Positions 37,440-51,189 of a stretch of DNA of 64,000 nucleotides are shown here, piece after piece. Origin of the DNA: Haliotis cracherodii. Its lineage: Eukaryota. Position 1 is the first letter of the stretch, and each line of letters begins with the position of its first letter. The position numbers and the translations under genes are program-made. Below the pieces are notes generated by a model. The model worked only from the letters and a program-made list of their open reading frames with translations. It was not told where the DNA came from and ran no database searches. The stretch spans positions 35,340,001 to 35,404,000 of the forward strand of contig NW_027266341.1 in the NCBI RefSeq assembly GCF_022045235.1, given 5' to 3'.

Positions 37440-40400
37440 TAGTCGGAACCTACAAGCATGACCTACAGACGCGACCCACAGTCGGGACCAACAGTCGGGA
37501 CCTACTGTCGGAACCTACAGTCGGGATCTAAACACAGGATCTACACACAGGATCTACACACGGGACCTACAGACGGGACCTACTATCGGAACCTACAAAC
37601 AGGACCTACAGACGCGACCCACAGTCAGGACCCACAGTCGGGACCTACTATCGGAACCTACAGTCGGGATCTACACACAGGATTTACACACGGGACCTAC
37701 AGACGGGACTAACAGTCCGGACCCACAGTCGGGACCTACTATCAGAACCTACAGTCGGGATCTACAGACTGGATCTACACATTCGTCACCACTCGCCCCT
37801 TTCCGTAACCTGCAAGAAGACTCGTCCCCCTATCGATGAATGTTGTGTGCGAAAATACGACAAACCAATCAGAATGCGCGTATGATTTCAAGTTCTTCGT
37901 CAAAGAATCCCTCAGAAATAATTTTTGATTTTACATATGTCTTGCATCTAAAAATATACCCAAGACAAGTTAAATGTGTTCAATCATAGTGTATAAATCC
38001 TCATGTCTCGATGTGATTTAAATTGCATCTGAAATATATATAATATATGGGGAAATAAATGTGAACCATTACGCAGCGAGTTGACAATTGTTTTAGGTAT
38101 GCCCGTTTGCGCAAAGACGGAACCCGGTCGCAAAAATGGCCATGATAGGGGCACGAGTCGCTATTCGGCTTGTCCCGGAATAACACGAGTTGGTCACGAA
38201 TGTGGATCTACAGTCGGGACCCACAGTCGTGATCTACTATCGGAACCTACAGTCCGGACCCAAAGTCGGGACCTACTATCAGAACCTACAGTCCGGACCC
38301 ACAGTCCGGACCCACAGTCGGGACCCACAGTCGGGACCCACAGTGGGGATCCCACAGTCGGGATCTACATTCGGAGTCAACAGTCGGGATCTACAGTCGG
38401 GATCAACAGTCGGGGCCCACAGTCGGGGCCCACAGTCGGGACCCACAGTCGGGACCTACACACGGGACCTACAGTCTGGACCCACAGTCGGGACCTACAC
38501 ACGGGACCTACAGTCGGGACCCACAGTCGGGACCTACACACGGGACCTACAGTCGGGACCCACAGTCGGGACCTACACACGGGACCTACAGTCGGGACCC
38601 ACAGTCGGGACCTACACACGGGACCTACAGTCAGGATCTACACACGGGACCTACAGACTGGATCCACAGTCGGGACCTACAGTCGGGACTCACAGTCGGG
38701 ACCAACAGTCGGGATCCCACAGTCGGGACCCACAGTCGGGATCCCACAGTCGGGATCTACAGTCGGGGCCCACCGTCGGGACCCACAGTTGGGACCAACA
38801 GTCGGGATCTACAGTCGGGACTAACAGTTGGGATCTACGGTCAGGACCCTAAATCGGGATCTACATTCGGAGTCAACAGTCAGGATCTACGGTCGGGATC
38901 AACAGTCGGGACCCACAGTCGGGACCATCAGTCGGGACCCACAGTCGGGACCCTAAATCGGGATCTACATTCGGAGTCAACAGTCAGGATCTACGGTCGG
39001 GATCAACAGTCGGGACCCGAGGTCGGGACCCACAGTCGGGACCCTAGATCGGGATCTAAATTCGGAGTCAACAGTCGGGATCTACACTCGGGATCAACAG
39101 TCGGGATCTACAGTCGGGACTAACAGTCGGGATCTACAGTCGGGACTAACAGGCGGGACTAACAGGCGGGATCTACAGTTGGGACTAACAGTCGGGACTA
39201 ACAGTCGGGATCAACAGTCGGGGCTAACAGTCGGGATCTACAGTCGGGACTAACAGTCGGGATCAACAGTCGGGGCTAACAGGCGGGACTAACAGTCGGG
39301 ATCAACAGTCGGGATCTACAGTCGGGATCTACAGTCGGGATCAACAGTCGGGACTAACAGTCGGGATCAACAGTCGGGATCTAAAGTCGGGACTAACAGT
39401 CGGGACTAACAGTCGGGATCAACAGTCGGGGATAACAGTCGGGATCTACAGGCGGGACTAACAGTCGGGATCTACAGTCGGGATCAACAGTCGGGATCTA
39501 CAGTCGGGATCTACAGTCGGGATCAACAGTCGGGACTAACAGTCGGGATCAACAGTCAGGGCTAACAGTCGGGATCTACAGTCGGGATCTACAGTCGGGA
39601 CTAACAGTCGGGATCTACAGTCGGGATCTACAGTCGGGATCTACAGTCGGGACTAACAGTCGGGACTAACAGTCGGGATCGACAGTCGGGGCTAACAGTC
39701 GGGATCTACAGTCGGGATCTACAGTCGGGATCAACAGTCGGGATCAACAGTCGGGATCTACAGTCGGGACTAACAGTCGGGATCTACAGTCGGGATCTAC
39801 AGTCGGGATCTACAGTGGGGATCTACAGTGGGGATCAACAGTCGGGGCTAACAGTCGGGGCTAACAGTCGGGACTAACAGTCGGGGCTAACAGGCGTGAT
39901 CTACAGTCGGGATCAACAGTCGGGATCTACAGTCGGGATCTACAGTCGGGATCTACAGTCGGGATAAACATTCGGGGCTAACAGTCGGGACTAACAGTCG
40001 GGACTAACAGTCGGGGCTAACAGTCGGGACTAACAGTCGGGGCTAACAGTCGGGATCTACAGTCGGGATCTACAGTCGGGATCTACAGTCGGGATCTACA
40101 GTCGGGACTAACAGTCGGGACTAACAGTCGGGATCTACAGTCGGGACTAACAGTCGGGATCTACAGTCGGGATCTACAGTCGGGATCTACAGTCGGGACT
40201 AACAGTCGGGATCTACAGTCGGGATCTACAGTCGGGACTAACAGTCGGGATCTACAGTCGGGATCTACAGTCGGGATCTACAGTCGGGATCTACAGTCGG
40301 GACTAACAGTCGGGACTAACAGTCGGGATCTACAGTCGGGATCTACAGTCGGGATCTACAGTCGGGATCTACAGTCGGGACTAACAGTCGGGACTAACAG

Positions 40401-40852
40401 TCGGGACCTACAGTCGGGATCTACAGTCGGGACTAACAGTCGGGATCTACAGTCGGGACTAACAGTCGGGACTAACAGTCGGGGCTAACAGTCGGGATCT
40501 ACAGTCGGGACTAACAGTCGGGACTAACAGTCGGGATCTACAGTCGGGACTAACAGTCGGGATCTACAGTCGGGATCTACAGTCGGGACTAACAGTCGGG
40601 ATCTACAGTCGGGGCTAACAGTCGGGACTAACAGTCGGGATCTACAGTCGGGACTAACAGTCGGGATCTACAGTCGGGATCTACAGTCGGGACTAACAGT
40701 CGGGACTAACAGTCGGGATCTACAGTCGGGATCTACAGTCGGGACTAACAGTCGGGATCTACAGTCGGGACTAACAGTCGGGATCTACAGTCGGGACTAA
40801 CAGTCGGGATCTACAGTCGGGATCTACAGTCGGGATCTACAGTCGGGACCTA
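37440..40852. repeat. 13-bp minisatellite/satellite, interrupted at 37778-38204
   Basis: Variants ACAGTCGGGATCT, ACAGTCGGGACTA and ACAGTCGGGACCC; more than 200 copies. Confidence 0.96.
37778..38204. mobile_element. MITE-like insertion within the 13-bp array
   Basis: Imperfect TIR CACATTCGTCACCACTCG / CGAGTTGGTCACGAATGTG bounds the non-repeat insert. Confidence 0.6.
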
Positions 40853-41534
40853 CTGATGTGATCTGCTTACAGGACCTGCAAGCAGAAGGGGAATGACACG
40901 TTGTCAAAAGGAACAATGTTGACCAAGACTGCGAGTGACTCACCACGTTCATTGATAATAATGGGTTTTGTCCGCGCATAGCAACATTCAAGCTCTATGA
41001 CGAAGGTTTGCAAATAATCAAGTCTGGAAAATCAAGTGATTGACATCATGAGCATCGTTGGGATACGATGACGTGCATCAACCAAGACTGATCCCGTTTG
41101 TCGCCTCTTACGGCAATCATGGGTTTTTGAAGACCAATCTAACCCGGATCAAGTACAGATATCTATAGACAACAAAAACAGCATACGTTTACACCTGTGT
41201 CACACAACCAGGATATGTTGGTAAAGACTATTTGTAACCCAGATGACAATGTGTCGTATTTTGAACCAACACCACTTTACCGCGTGAGAGGCCGGTGTTT
41301 CAATGCGTCGTCAAACCAACGCGGCATCCCTAAACTGATGTCTGCACGCCACGACTCGCTCCACTGATCATAAGGGGTCAACGAAGGAATGTCAACAGCC
41401 AGTTTATTAAAGCCAGGTCACGGTGACCTAGAGCTAGCGGACTTGACTGTTAATGTGCAGTGACATTGTAGAGTATGTAGTCACAATACGCATAATGATA
41501 CCCCGGGCATAGTATCTCTAGAGTATGTTTCGTT

Positions 41535-41718
41535 TTGTTTGTTTGTTTGTTGTTTAACGCCGCACTCAGCAATGTTCTAGCTATATGACGGTGGTCTGTA
41601 AATAATCGAGCCTGACCAGACAATCCAGTGATTGACATCATGAGCATCGATCCACGCACTTGGGATACGATAGCATGCATCAACCCGATCCCATTAGTCG
41701 CCTCTTACGGCAAGCATC
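41535..41718 (-). mobile_element. SINE-like family B
   Basis: Family body and tail. Confidence 0.78.
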
Positions 41719-41787
41719 TCGAGTATCTGACGGACCCAAGAGCATATATCTTATTACACAATCATCCACGTTTCATTCTCATCCCCT

Positions 41788-43658
41788 TCTCAGCTCCAGC
41801 AGCCTAAGTACCATCTCTGTTCCAGAAGCTTAAGCACCATCTCAGTTCCAGCATCTAAAGCACCATCTCAACTGCAGCAGTCTAAGCACCATTTCAGCTC
41901 CAGCAGTCTAAGCACCATCTCAGCTCCAGCAGCCTACGCACTATGTCAGCTCCAGCAGCCTAAGCACCATTTCAGCTCCAGGACTCTAAGCACCATCTCA
42001 GCTCAAGCAGTCTAAGCACCATAAACAGCTCCAGCAGCCTAAGCACCAGCTCAGCTCCAGCAACTTAAGCACCATCTCAGCTCCAGCAGTCTAAGCACCA
42101 TCTCAGCTCCAGCAGCCTAAGCACCATCTCAGCTCCAGCAGCATACGCACCATCTCAGCTCCAGCAGTCTAAGCACCATCTCAGCTCAAGCAGCCTACGC
42201 ACCATCTCAGCTCCAGCAGCATACGCACCATCTCAGCTCCAGCAGCATACGCATCATCTCAGCTCCAGCAGCCTACGCACCATCTCAGCTCCAGCAGCCT
42301 AAGCACCATCTCAGCTCCAGCAGCACACGCATCATCTCAGCTCCAGAAGTCTAAGCACCATCTCAGCTCCAGCAGCCTAAGCACCATCTCAGCTCAAGCA
42401 GCCTAAGCACCATCTCAGCTCCAGCAGCATATGCACCATCTCAGCTCCAGAAGTCTAAGCATCATCTCAGCTCCAGCAGCCTAAGCACCATCTCAGCTCA
42501 AACAGCCTACGCACTATCTCAGCTCCAGCAGCCTAAGCACCATTTCAGCTCCAGAAATCTAAGCACCATCTCAGCTCAAGCTGCATACCCACCATCTCAG
42601 CTCCAGAAGTCTAAGCACCATAAACAGATCCAGCAGCCTAAGCACCAGCTCAGCTCCAATAGCTTAAGCACCATCTAAGCTCCAACAGCCTAAGCACCAT
42701 CTCAGCTCCAACAGCGTAAGCATCATCTCAGCTTCAACGGCTTAAGCACCATGTAAGCTACAACAGCCTAAGCACCATCTCAGCTCCAACAGCGTAAGCA
42801 TCATCTCAGCTCCAATACCTTAAGCACATCTCAGCTTAAGCACATATCAGCTCCAGTAGTCTAAGCACCACCTCAGCTCCAACAGCCTAAGCACCATCTC
42901 AACTTCAACACCTTAAGCACCATAAACAGCTCCAGCAGTCTAAGCACCATCTCAGCTCCGGCAGCTTCAGCACCATCTCAGCTGCAGCAGCCTGAGCACC
43001 ATCTAAGCAGTCTAAGCACCAGCTCAGCTTCAACAGCTTAAGAAACCATCTCAGCTCCAGCAGCCTAAGCACCATCTCAGCTCCAGCAGTCTAAGCACCG
43101 TCTCAGCTCCGGCAGCCTTACCACCATCTCAGCTCCAGCAGTCTAAGCACCATCTCAGCTTCAACAGCTTAAGCACCATCTCAGCTCCAACAGCCTAAGC
43201 ACCATCTCAGCTCCAACAGCGTAAGCATCATCTCAGCTCCAACAGTTTAAGCACCATCTCAGCTCCAGCAGCTTCAGCACCATCTCAGCTCCAATGGCGT
43301 AAGCTTCATCTCAGCTCCAAAACCTTAAGCACCATCTCAGCTCCAGCAGCTTAAGCACATCTCAGCTCCAGCAGTCTAAGCACCACCTAAGCTCCAACAG
43401 CCTAAGCACCATCTCATCTCCAACAGCCTAAGGACCATCTCAGCTCCAACAGCTTAAGCACCATCTCAGTTCCAGCAGTCTAAGCACCATCTCAGCTCCA
43501 GCAGCTTCAGCACCATCTCAGCTCAAACAGTCTAAGCACCATCTGACCTCCAGCAGCCTAAATACCATCTCAGCTCCAGCAGTCTAAGCACCATCTCAGC
43601 TCAAACAGTCTAAGCACCATCTCAGCTCCAGCAGTCTAAGCACCATCTAAGCTCCTGC
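41788..43658. repeat. 26-bp minisatellite
   Basis: AGCACCATCTCAGCTCCAGCAGCCTA, about 70 copies. Confidence 0.96.
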
Positions 43659-43954
43659 AGGCGACCGCGTCATTCCAATAGACGTTTAAATGGTATTTGC
43701 TGTTACCCTGCCTTGCACTATGTATTAAGGGTCTAAAACAAGCGCTGATCTGCTCGGAGTCAGTATACTGTGTCTGAGTGTGGTATATATGTTAAACTGC
43801 GGTATGGTATTTCAGAACGCGAAGTTAAACCCCTTTTCACCTCACCTCACTTTTCGTAGAAAATCCTCTCACCAGAGACGTTCTGTAAAGTGGTTTGACA
43901 TGATAGAAATAGAAATTTATTCTGACGTGGAACGATCTACATAACACACATTAC

Positions 43955-44112
43955 AGTGAGTGAGTATGGTTTTACGCCGCTTGTTTTAGCAAGAGTCCAG
44001 TAATATCACGGAGGGGGACACCAGAAATGGGCTCCACATATTGTACCCATGTGGGGCATCGACCCTGGGTCTTCGGCGTGACGGTGTGACGCTCTAACCA
44101 CTAGGCTACACC
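43955..44112 (-). mobile_element. SINE family A
   Basis: Reverse-complement family match. Confidence 0.82.
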
Positions 44113-44754
44113 CTACGGACGATGCGGAGGGATGTCAAATTAAATAACATATTTTCGTAAATGAAGTCACCAGGCTATAGTTAGAATCGCCCTTTTAAGC
44201 GCATGTACACCCGCAAGATATATATTACGTGCGTTTCCTTAGGTTCGTGGAAAGTGTGTTGAAAACGTAAAATTGTTGATAAATGTTGTTTCAGATTTTT
44301 CTTTTCTGGGTCGCGTTTACATTATCAACCCTTAGTCGTATTTTATCCCCAACGAAGAACACGGTTACGTTTCTAACGTTAACTATGAATATTTTACTGC
44401 CGCTTCTAACAGTGTTCACATGTCTCAGTTGTAACAGCATTTATGAGGAGAATGCATCCATTGTGGAGTCCGATGTCTGTCTTTAAAACACAGAAGAATT
44501 AGGTTTTTATGTAATTGGAAGCATTAAAAAAACTCGAGACGCAGGTGTACTCAGGTGGAAACAATATTCAGACTAGAAAATCATTTGCGAACATGATACT
44601 GCGTGTTAAATTCAAAGAGCGTGGAGTGCCACCGACTTTGAGGTTTTACTTGGGCCTAAAATGGTTTAACCCTGTAATCAACTTTCGACCATTTCCCACT
44701 GGCTTCTCGACTGCATCAATTGTACCTCAAAACTAAAGTGGAAAACACCAAATG

Positions 44755-45819
44755 TTGGAGCTTCTGGAATACTGCTCTTTAGTGCTGCTGGAGTACTGCT
44801 CGATGGTGCTCCTGGAATACTGTTCTATAGTGCTGCTGGAATACTGCTCTTTAGTGCTGCTGGAGTACTGCTCGATGGTGCTCCTGGAATACTGCTCTAT
44901 AGTGCTGCTGGAATACTGCTCTATAGTGCTGCTGGAATACTGCTCTATAGTGCTGCTGGAGTACTGCTCGATGGTGCTCCTGGAATACTGCTCTATAGTG
45001 CTGCTGGAATACTGCTCTATAGAGCTGCTTGAATACTGCTCTATAGTGCTGCTGGAGTACTGCTCGATGGTGCTGATAGAATACTGCTCTATAGTGCTGC
45101 TGGAATACTGCTCTATAGTGCTGCTGGAATACTGCTCTATAGTGCTGCTCGAATACTGCTCTATAGTGCTGCTGGAATACTGCTCTATAGTGCTGCTGGA
45201 ATACTGCTCCATAGAGCTGCTGGAATACTGCTCTATAGAGCTGCTCGAATACTGCTCAATAGTGCTGCTGGAATACTGCTCTATAGTGCTGCTAGAATAC
45301 TGCTCAATAGTGCTGCTGGAGTACTGCTCGGTGGTGCTGCTAGAATACTGCTCTATAGTGCTGCTGGAATACTGCTCTATAGTGCTGCTGGAATACTGCT
45401 CTATAGTGCTGCTCGAATACTGCTCTATAGTGCTGCTCGAATACTGCTCTATAGTGCTGCTGGAATACTGCTCCATAGAGCTGCTGGAATACTGCTCTAT
45501 AGAGCTGCTAGAATACTGCTCAATAGTGCTGCTGGAATACTGCTCTGTAGTGCTGCTGGAGTACTGCTCGATGGTGCTGCTGGAATACTGCTTTATAGTG
45601 CTGCTGGAATACTGCTCTATAGTGTTGCTGGAATACTGCTCTATACAGCTGCAGGATTAGTGCTCGATAGCGCTGCTGGATTACTGCTCGATAGTGCTGC
45701 TGGAATACTACCCTATAGTGCTGCTGGAATACGGCTCTATAGTGCTGCTGGAATACTGCTCTATAGTGCTGCTGGAGTACTGCTCGATGGTGCTGCTGGA
45801 ATACTGCTCGATAGTGCTG
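44755..45819. repeat. 24-bp minisatellite
   Basis: CTATAGTGCTGCTGGAATACTGCT, about 44 copies. Confidence 0.96.
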
Positions 45820-46670
45820 TAAATCAGTGGAAGGGAATCGGCTCTTTGACAGACATTGAACGATGTTAGATCATCGATAAAATCGAAGCTTAAGTCGGTT
45901 CGATGAAAGTTCTTGTCCAAATTCATTGTTTGGATTTTGCCAATCCGAGCAGAAATTCCGATTCATATGCTGAAGGAAACAGATCAGCAAGAAGAGGAGC
46001 ACAATTGGTGCCCATGGGGATGCTTACTTCTTGCCGAAATGTCCTATATCCCCAATTTCACATAGAAATGAGGAAGTCCAACATTTCACGTTTTTCTTTA
46101 CACAGTGACATTTTTCAGATGACATTTACTTTCATATTTGACAATTTGTCCTGAACCTTTGAAGATAGGGGGGCGGTCGGGTAGCCTAGTGGTTAAAGAG
46201 TTCGCTCGTCACGCCGAAGACCCGGGTTCGATTCCCGACATGGGTACAATGTGTGAAGCCCATTTCTGGTGTCCCCCGCCGTGATATTGCTGGAATATTG
46301 CTAAAAGCGGCGTATAAAGTGTACTCACTCACTCACTCATTGAAGATAGAGATACACCTATGTAAATGGTCAACAAGCATTGTGACAAATACCAAATGGG
46401 ACAAGGAATACATTTCCCCCTTAATTTTGTCGTGTGGGATAGTGGTGCACAAAGTTCAGAAATCCCATATGTTGACGGCTTGAACATACTTTTTAACATA
46501 CTGTTCTTTTCTGAGATTGCGAAAATTCAAGCAAATCCTGTGAGTTTTTGAGAATCCGCGTTGTATTAATTCTCTTTGTCTCAAAAATACTTTCTGGGAA
46601 TATAAAGAAAGTCCTTCCTTGGTTGTATTAAAGGTTAGGTTAATATGTGTGTCGAGTATTTGGTGGTACA
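45820..46670 (-). mobile_element. Penelope-like element RT relic, interrupted by SINE-A
   Basis: Minus strand WDF.TLCTTIPHDK...IPMGTNCAPLLADLF..AYESEF...FIDDL. Confidence 0.75.
46168..46339 (+). mobile_element. SINE family A
   Basis: TSD TTGAAGATAG. Confidence 0.9.
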
Positions 46671-47139
46671 TTTGCTCAGAGACCATATACCGGTATATGG
46701 TCTCTGATTTGCTAGACCAAGCAATATTTATCTTTTGTTCGGATTTTTATGGCACTTTGGATTCTAGTACTAAAGAGGAATAGACATGTCTCCGGGTTTT
46801 AGAGTCAAGCCAAACATTCACGTCAAACTGACGTTCAGCAATTCCGGAAACGGAGGGTTAGGCCATTCACATATTACGCATCACTCTATCCCAGGGTTGC
46901 GCAATAGGTTGATAATTGAACCTATTTGGAAAGCACAGACTTTGAGGAGTAAATGTCAGGGGGGAATATTTTGCCCTCACGTGAACAGTATCTAGTGCAT
47001 CACAGGAAATGCGGAGTTATGCAGGTATAAACTTACTTTGGTTAACCCACGGGTGCTGACAACACAATGCTCATTAAACACACGGACTCACACACAAGGG
47101 GACGTAACTCATCTGCATTTACAAACCTCTGTCATATAG

Positions 47140-47266
47140 CCGGTTTTAGCAATATTTCAGCAATATCACGGCGGGGGACACCAGAAATGGGCTTCACACA
47201 TTGTACCTATGTCGGGAATCGAACCCGGGTCTTCGGCGTGACGAGCGAACGCTACCCGACCGCCCC
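47140..47266 (-). mobile_element. SINE family A, truncated
   Basis: Reverse-complement family match. Confidence 0.8.
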
Positions 47267-48055
47267 TTATTCTCAATGAAATCTACAGACATTGGGGATC
47301 AGCTGTACATGTGTGTTGGAGTAATGATGTCATTCACCTTGTTCAGTGATAACGCATGGATGGTTGGTTGGTTGGTTGTTTTACATCGCACTCGGCAATA
47401 TTCCAGCTATATGACGGCAGTCTGTAAATAATCGAGTCTGGACCAGACAGTCCAGTGATTGATATCACGAGCATCGATCCACGCAATTGGGATCAATGAC
47501 ATGCTTCAACCAAGTCATCGAGCCTGACCACCCGATCCCGTTTGACGCCTCTTACGACAAGACAAATGTATTGTCAGTTTAACTATGTCAAACAAAGCTA
47601 AAATGTCCTTGGCAGACCCCTGCCTTTGACAAGTGGAATGTACTGAAAACGATGAACACAAATATTGTGAATATATGTATTTATTCCAAGCATTCATTCA
47701 GTGTGACACAAACACACAGGCGAATTGTAGGCGTTAATATCGTGATTTACATTGGAGTTTTAAACCATAATATTGAAGAGCATACTTACTTATACATATA
47801 ATCGGAAACACTCTTAGTCAGTTCATGTCGCATATATCCATAGCATTATACTATATTAACAATCTACACAAATAAGACCCGTGGAACTTCCTGGATGGTG
47901 TTTGATGCGATCCTTTGCGTTGCTCCACGACATCCGGATGTATTACAAGCGCCACCGTGGGAAGAACATCAGATCTAGGAACACTCCACTACCAATCCAT
48001 TAAGTTCCACATCCTACCACAGCTGATGCTTCACGAGAAGCGGTTCATCACACTG

Positions 48056-48270
48056 CACCTGGAGGGACCACCTGACGGGACCACCTGACGGGACTACCTG
48101 GCGGGACCACCTGACGGGACTACCTGGCGGGACCACCTGGCGGGACCACCTGACGGGACTACCTGGCGGGACCACCTGGCGGGACCACCTGACGGGACCA
48201 CCTGACGGGACCATCTGACGGGACTACCTGGCGGAACCACCTGACGGGACCACCTGACGGGACCACCTGG
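48056..48270. repeat. 13-bp minisatellite
   Basis: CGGGACCACCTGA, about 16 copies. Confidence 0.93.
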
Positions 48271-48664
48271 AATAACATTCTGCTTATGATGATCGCTGTT
48301 ACCCCGTTATGAGGACCGTCCAGATTATCAAGTGTCCAGACTTACGAATCCTTGGCATGAAGTTGTGTCTCTTGTATGTTGACGTCTCCAGTAGCAACTG
48401 CCGAAATGTTTCCAGAAAAAGGGGTTTCCGATATATCATCGTATGTATGTACGGACCCCGCTTTAAAACAAAATCCATTCATAATGTACAAACAAATTAC
48501 CTAATAGAGAAGTAATGGACCTAGCTAACTTGCCTAACAGTAAACCTATAACTGTAACATTCATTCCTTGAAGCGTATGTGAGCATTTAGTCCATAGTGT
48601 CTTGTACGTAATTCGACTTCACAAGGTGTGGTGATTACTCCCCTTTGGTAGGTGGCGCTGGGGT

Positions 48665-48776
48665 CTAACGTCCGGTTCTGGTGGAAGCGCACTGGTAGTC
48701 AAAGGTCACGACGTTGCTTGGACCAGGCTTGATGTTACTGGTCAGTTCGCACGAGGTGCCCTCTGGACATTGGCAG
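48665..48776 (-). CDS. Secreted 8-Cys small protein, exon 3 (terminal)
   Basis: TTGCAG acceptor, phase 2; (N)CQCPEGTSCELTSNIKPGPSNVVTFDYQCASTRTGR*. Confidence 0.85.
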
Positions 48777-48861
48777 CTGCAAGAAGTTGTACATGATTTG
48801 AAAATGTTCATTCTTCAGATCAGTGCAATCATTTACTAAATTCGGTATGGCATACACTAGA

Positions 48862-49066
48862 TTTGTTTATTTGCAATATTCCAGCTATATGACGACGGTC
48901 TGTTAATTATCTGGACTTGACAATCCAGCGATTGACATCATGAACGATTGACATTGGATACGATGACATGCATCAACCAAGTCAGCGAGTCTTACCACCC
49001 GATCCCGTTAGTCGCCTCTTAAGAGATAGGATGCTGAAGACCTATTCTATCCCGGATCTCCACGCG
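48862..49066 (-). mobile_element. SINE-like family B
   Basis: Family body. Confidence 0.75.
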
Positions 49067-49149
49067 GGCATCTCCTAGAGTGTGTTAAACATACGTAGTG
49101 TGGAACTACAAGACATTCACAATCTAGTTCATCTTCTTCACGTCATCAC

Positions 49150-49402
49150 GCGTGGTCCAGTCGTCTAAGGGCTGCGATTCGCTGTGTAGAGTTGCGTCCC
49201 TATGATTGTGGGTTCGAATCCTGGTTTACCCCGAACATATTTCTAGGTTTGTCAGCACCATACCCGTGCTCTTAGGTTTCATCGAAATGGTAAACGTCTG
49301 AGACCTCAATCCCTTCGGGCTTTGCTCCCACGTTAAGCTGACACACCGTGATATGACTGGAATACTGTTAAAAGCGGCGTAAAAACCCAACTCACTCACT
49401 CA
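49150..49402 (+). mobile_element. SINE family C
   Basis: Aligns with 23978-24260; (ACTC)n tail. Confidence 0.8.
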
Positions 49403-50989
49403 CGCCATCAGTGAGACAGGCCCAGAACACCTGGTGTCACCACTGTTAAACACTGACGCAGATTAAAATTATTCTTTTAGATGTTCACAATCAGAGTGAG
49501 CTGTATGATTATATGCACCTTTCAAAAAACTTCAAGCCATATCCCGACATCAAACACCATAAATGGGCTTCACACATTGTACCTATATGGACATTCAACA
49601 CCAGCTTGACGACCACTTGACACGTGACTAAACAACTTGACTACCCTAACATGAAAAGATATTATTGTGTCAAAAATGTCTTCTTATATCTCCCTCAAAC
49701 CAAAGCAAGGGTGATCTTATTAAAAATAACAGAATATTTAAAAATTCCATTCTTTTTTCAAATAATAACATAGTTTGATTGTGAAGTAAAGGTGCTCTCG
49801 ACAAAATCAACATACCAGAGCAGTTTGTCGTAATTATGTTCGTTCAAGATAAACGTGTGTCTCCATGTTCATTTGTTAATCAATAACCCTCAGGATGTTA
49901 CGCATGCGCACATTTAACCGGATATGATACAGATGTGTAACAGCCTCTTTGCCGTCGCAGGTTGGCTATCAACAGGCGACGGCCAAAAAGGTTGGTACAA
50001 ATGAAACAACAGTGGAATCAGTTTATTTTAAAGTTTTACTGACGCTGAGTACAGCTATGTAAGCCCAAGGTTTCATCTAATCACAAACACATGCAGTAGG
50101 CTGTCCCTGGAACATGGGATCTCCACTATCACAGTGCCCGAGTCACGCAGACAAGGGCTTTGGAAAGCATATGATTTAATTCCTTTATGACACCTTTCTC
50201 AACACAAGCAAAGCCTCTGATGAAGAAATCATTGAAGTCTTCATTGACACACGTTTTCACACATAAGTGGGCTTCGGTAAAAACATTTAATAACTTTCTC
50301 TCCGTCATACCATAAATATATTTATCTGCGTTTCCGATAGGCGTGCGTAAGTCTGCTTAGAATGGAGTCGCTGAGGTACCACAGGACGGATCGGCGAATA
50401 AATGAGTCTGACAACTGCTAAAATCAAATTTCCCCGGAAATAGCATGCCTTTGTTTTGCTGATATGACGCCAATTATTGATAAATCTTCACGTCTGATGT
50501 GCATGCATTCAGTTCTCGCGATATCTAACGAGAGGCCGCCATACTGATCCTTTTTTCGTCATATCGGCTCGAGACACATTATCATAATGTGTTTTGATTA
50601 AGTATAATACCGGATGCCGCGAGACATTATCCCGATTGTTTAGACGAGTTCCTGCATGAAACTGACCTGCGGGCCAATTAAGAATGTTTCATTGAAATCC
50701 GATCTTTTTGGATCTAATGGGATATGTTTGGAACTCCTCGTGTGTTGTTTTCCAACAGTTTTATCACGGGCTCGCTGACATATTTAATATTTTAGAAATG
50801 TATAACTTATCAATACTTCATATTTCAGTATATTCGTAGTTTAATTGAATGAGTGAATATATATTGTACATGTTGTATATTTGAATTTTCAGGGACGCAT
50901 ATTGTTTGTTTTTTTATGTCACAACATCATGAATTAAATAGTTTTACAGTGAAGTGGAAAAGTGACGTATGTTGGCCCTTGTGCTTGGT

Positions 50990-51189
50990 TTGGTTTGGCT
51001 TGTTGTTTTACGCCGCACTCAGCAATATTCCAGCTATATGACGGCGGTCTGTAAATAATCGAGTATGGATCAGACAATCCAGTGATTGATATCATGAGCA
51101 TATTAGTCGCCTTTTACGACAAGCATAGTCACCTTTTACGGCAAGCATGGATTGCTGAAGACCTATTCTACCCCGGATCTTCACGGGTC
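50990..51189 (-). mobile_element. SINE-like family B
   Basis: Intact 5' head; TSD CCTTGTGCTTGGT. Confidence 0.82.

Noticed and set aside
38081-38852. ORFs in the 13-bp array (also 54036-54998)
   Set aside because: Repeat translation artefacts.
44733-45660. EQYSSSTI / VLLEYCSI repeat ORFs
   Set aside because: 24-bp minisatellite open on both strands.
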